Of a stretch of DNA of 64,000 nt, positions 62,632-64,000 are shown piece by piece. Position 1 is the first letter of the stretch; every line of letters starts with the position of its first letter. The stretch lies in NCBI GenBank assembly GCA_030704615.1, contig CM060731.1:8556001-8620000 (forward strand), read 5' to 3'. The position numbers and the translations under genes were made by a program. Source of the stretch: Takakia lepidozioides (Eukaryota; Plantae; Bryophyta). The notes beneath the pieces are model-generated. The model was not told where the DNA came from. It saw only the letters and a list, made by a program, of their open reading frames with translations, and did not search any database.

Positions 62632-64000
62632 GTCAAGAACAATTCCTTCTTTCTAGTTCATCGAAAATATTGGGCTCCATGACATAAAAAGCTTGTGGAA
62701 CAACTCCTGTGTAAAAGCAATGCAAACAAAGAATCCAAAAGGCATTTAATAATTGTGCACAACTCATATATTTACAACTAAAAATGTAAACAACTAAAAA
62801 AATAAAGCTCAATGAAAGGGAGTTACAGGCGGGTAATGGTGGCTGGTTGGCAGGTCCCTCCCTACTTTGGGCTCCCTCCCTCTCATGCAGAATCTGCTAT
62901 AAGAGAAGCCAAAGGGGCTATCTCATCAACCCCCAATTGTATCAAGAATTATAAAATTTTAAAGAAAGGGAAGATACTTACCAGTGATGATCAATGTGGG
63001 CTGGTTGGCGGGCCCCTCTTTGCTTGTGCTCCCTCCAATATAAAATCTACCATAGTGGAGCAAGGGCTATCAGCCCCTTGGTATATCATCAAAGAAAACA
63101 GGAAAAGAAAAAGAAAAAAAAGAATGATGATCAATGATTACCATGGACCAAGGGGCCTGGTTGCAGGTGGGCCCTCCTTGCTCGTCCTCCTAAACTTGTG
63201 CACCACATGCCATAGCAGAAAAGGAGGAAGCTGATTAGCTTCATGGTGAACTAAAGCTAAAAACAGTAAATAACCAAAAGTGGTGGATGCTTACCAACGT
63301 CACTAACTCTACTTGCTACAGCATTGACATCCACTCGATTGCTTAGATCATTCTCTTTTGAAAAGCCCTCTTCAGTAGCTGAACAGCACTTGGAGACGAC
63401 TGGATGACTAAATCACTGACAACCAAGACCAGGTTGACTTTCAAGTGAAGACAGCCAGAATGCAGTGCCACGTGGAGTAGCCAGAAACTATGAACGAGAG
63501 AGCCCCTGAAGGAGAGGATGGAAGAGACGGGGGGATGGCTGCTCACATACCTCCTCTCGCCAGTCAACATTGTTCAAGATTCCCTGACACACAGCGAAAA
63601 GAGGAACACCCTCGTACAAAACCTGCATAAGCACCTTATTCAGCTCCACCTGCAGCTGTCCTACCATCCCACAATACAACTTCTTGGAAATGAACAGTGC
63701 GGAGACCCCTCACAACAGGGTGAAAATCAATTCTGCCAATATAATAACCCACAGAATGGTGAACAAAGAAAAGGGGGTTACCTCACTCGCTGCAAAACCT
63801 GGGTAAATCTGGAAGGAGCTCACTGAGTGCCCGTGGTTCAAACACATTTCCCAAAAGTATGTGTGCACCTGCCACATATACAGGAACAGTCAGGCGCCGA
63901 GGTTCTGTATAAATCTCTGTTGCACGATGAACAACATTGATCATGGCAATAGACACTGAGGCAAGGAAGCAACCTACTGTCATTACGCCCCAACCAACTT

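Noticed and set aside
63343-64000. Spliced minus-strand gene at the right edge
   Set aside because: Splice-like sites exist (63782, 63732-63551), but the frames contain stops or shifts and no family is recognisable within the window.

Overview
Nuclear DNA from a seed-free land plant (inference): it has spliceosomal introns, plant-type genes and an axonemal dynein relic that implies flagellated sperm. The left ~21 kb is gene-rich. It holds the 5' exons of anthranilate synthase beta, a dynein heavy-chain relic between two inverted LINE tails, a disrupted LRR receptor-like protein gene, and intact GGCT/AIG2-like and MPV17-like genes. From ~24 to 40 kb is a transposon nest: an endonuclease-bearing Helitron (Helentron/HLE2 type) with an intact spliced RPA-like gene, a split and partly inverted hAT, and a scrambled LTR-retroelement relic carrying a DNMT3-like cytosine methyltransferase catalytic domain, a PHD-finger end, a PPT and a tRNA primer-binding site. 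From 41 to 53 kb I reconstructed by hand an intact 16-exon, ~620-aa MyTH4-FERM gene with no motor domain, which the ORF track largely misses. The right end holds hAT copies, a CACTA MITE inside a PPR relic, and unclassified degenerate sequence. The best candidates for new biology are the methyltransferase/PHD retroelement and the motor-less MyTH4-FERM gene. All exon models were read by eye and no database searches were run.
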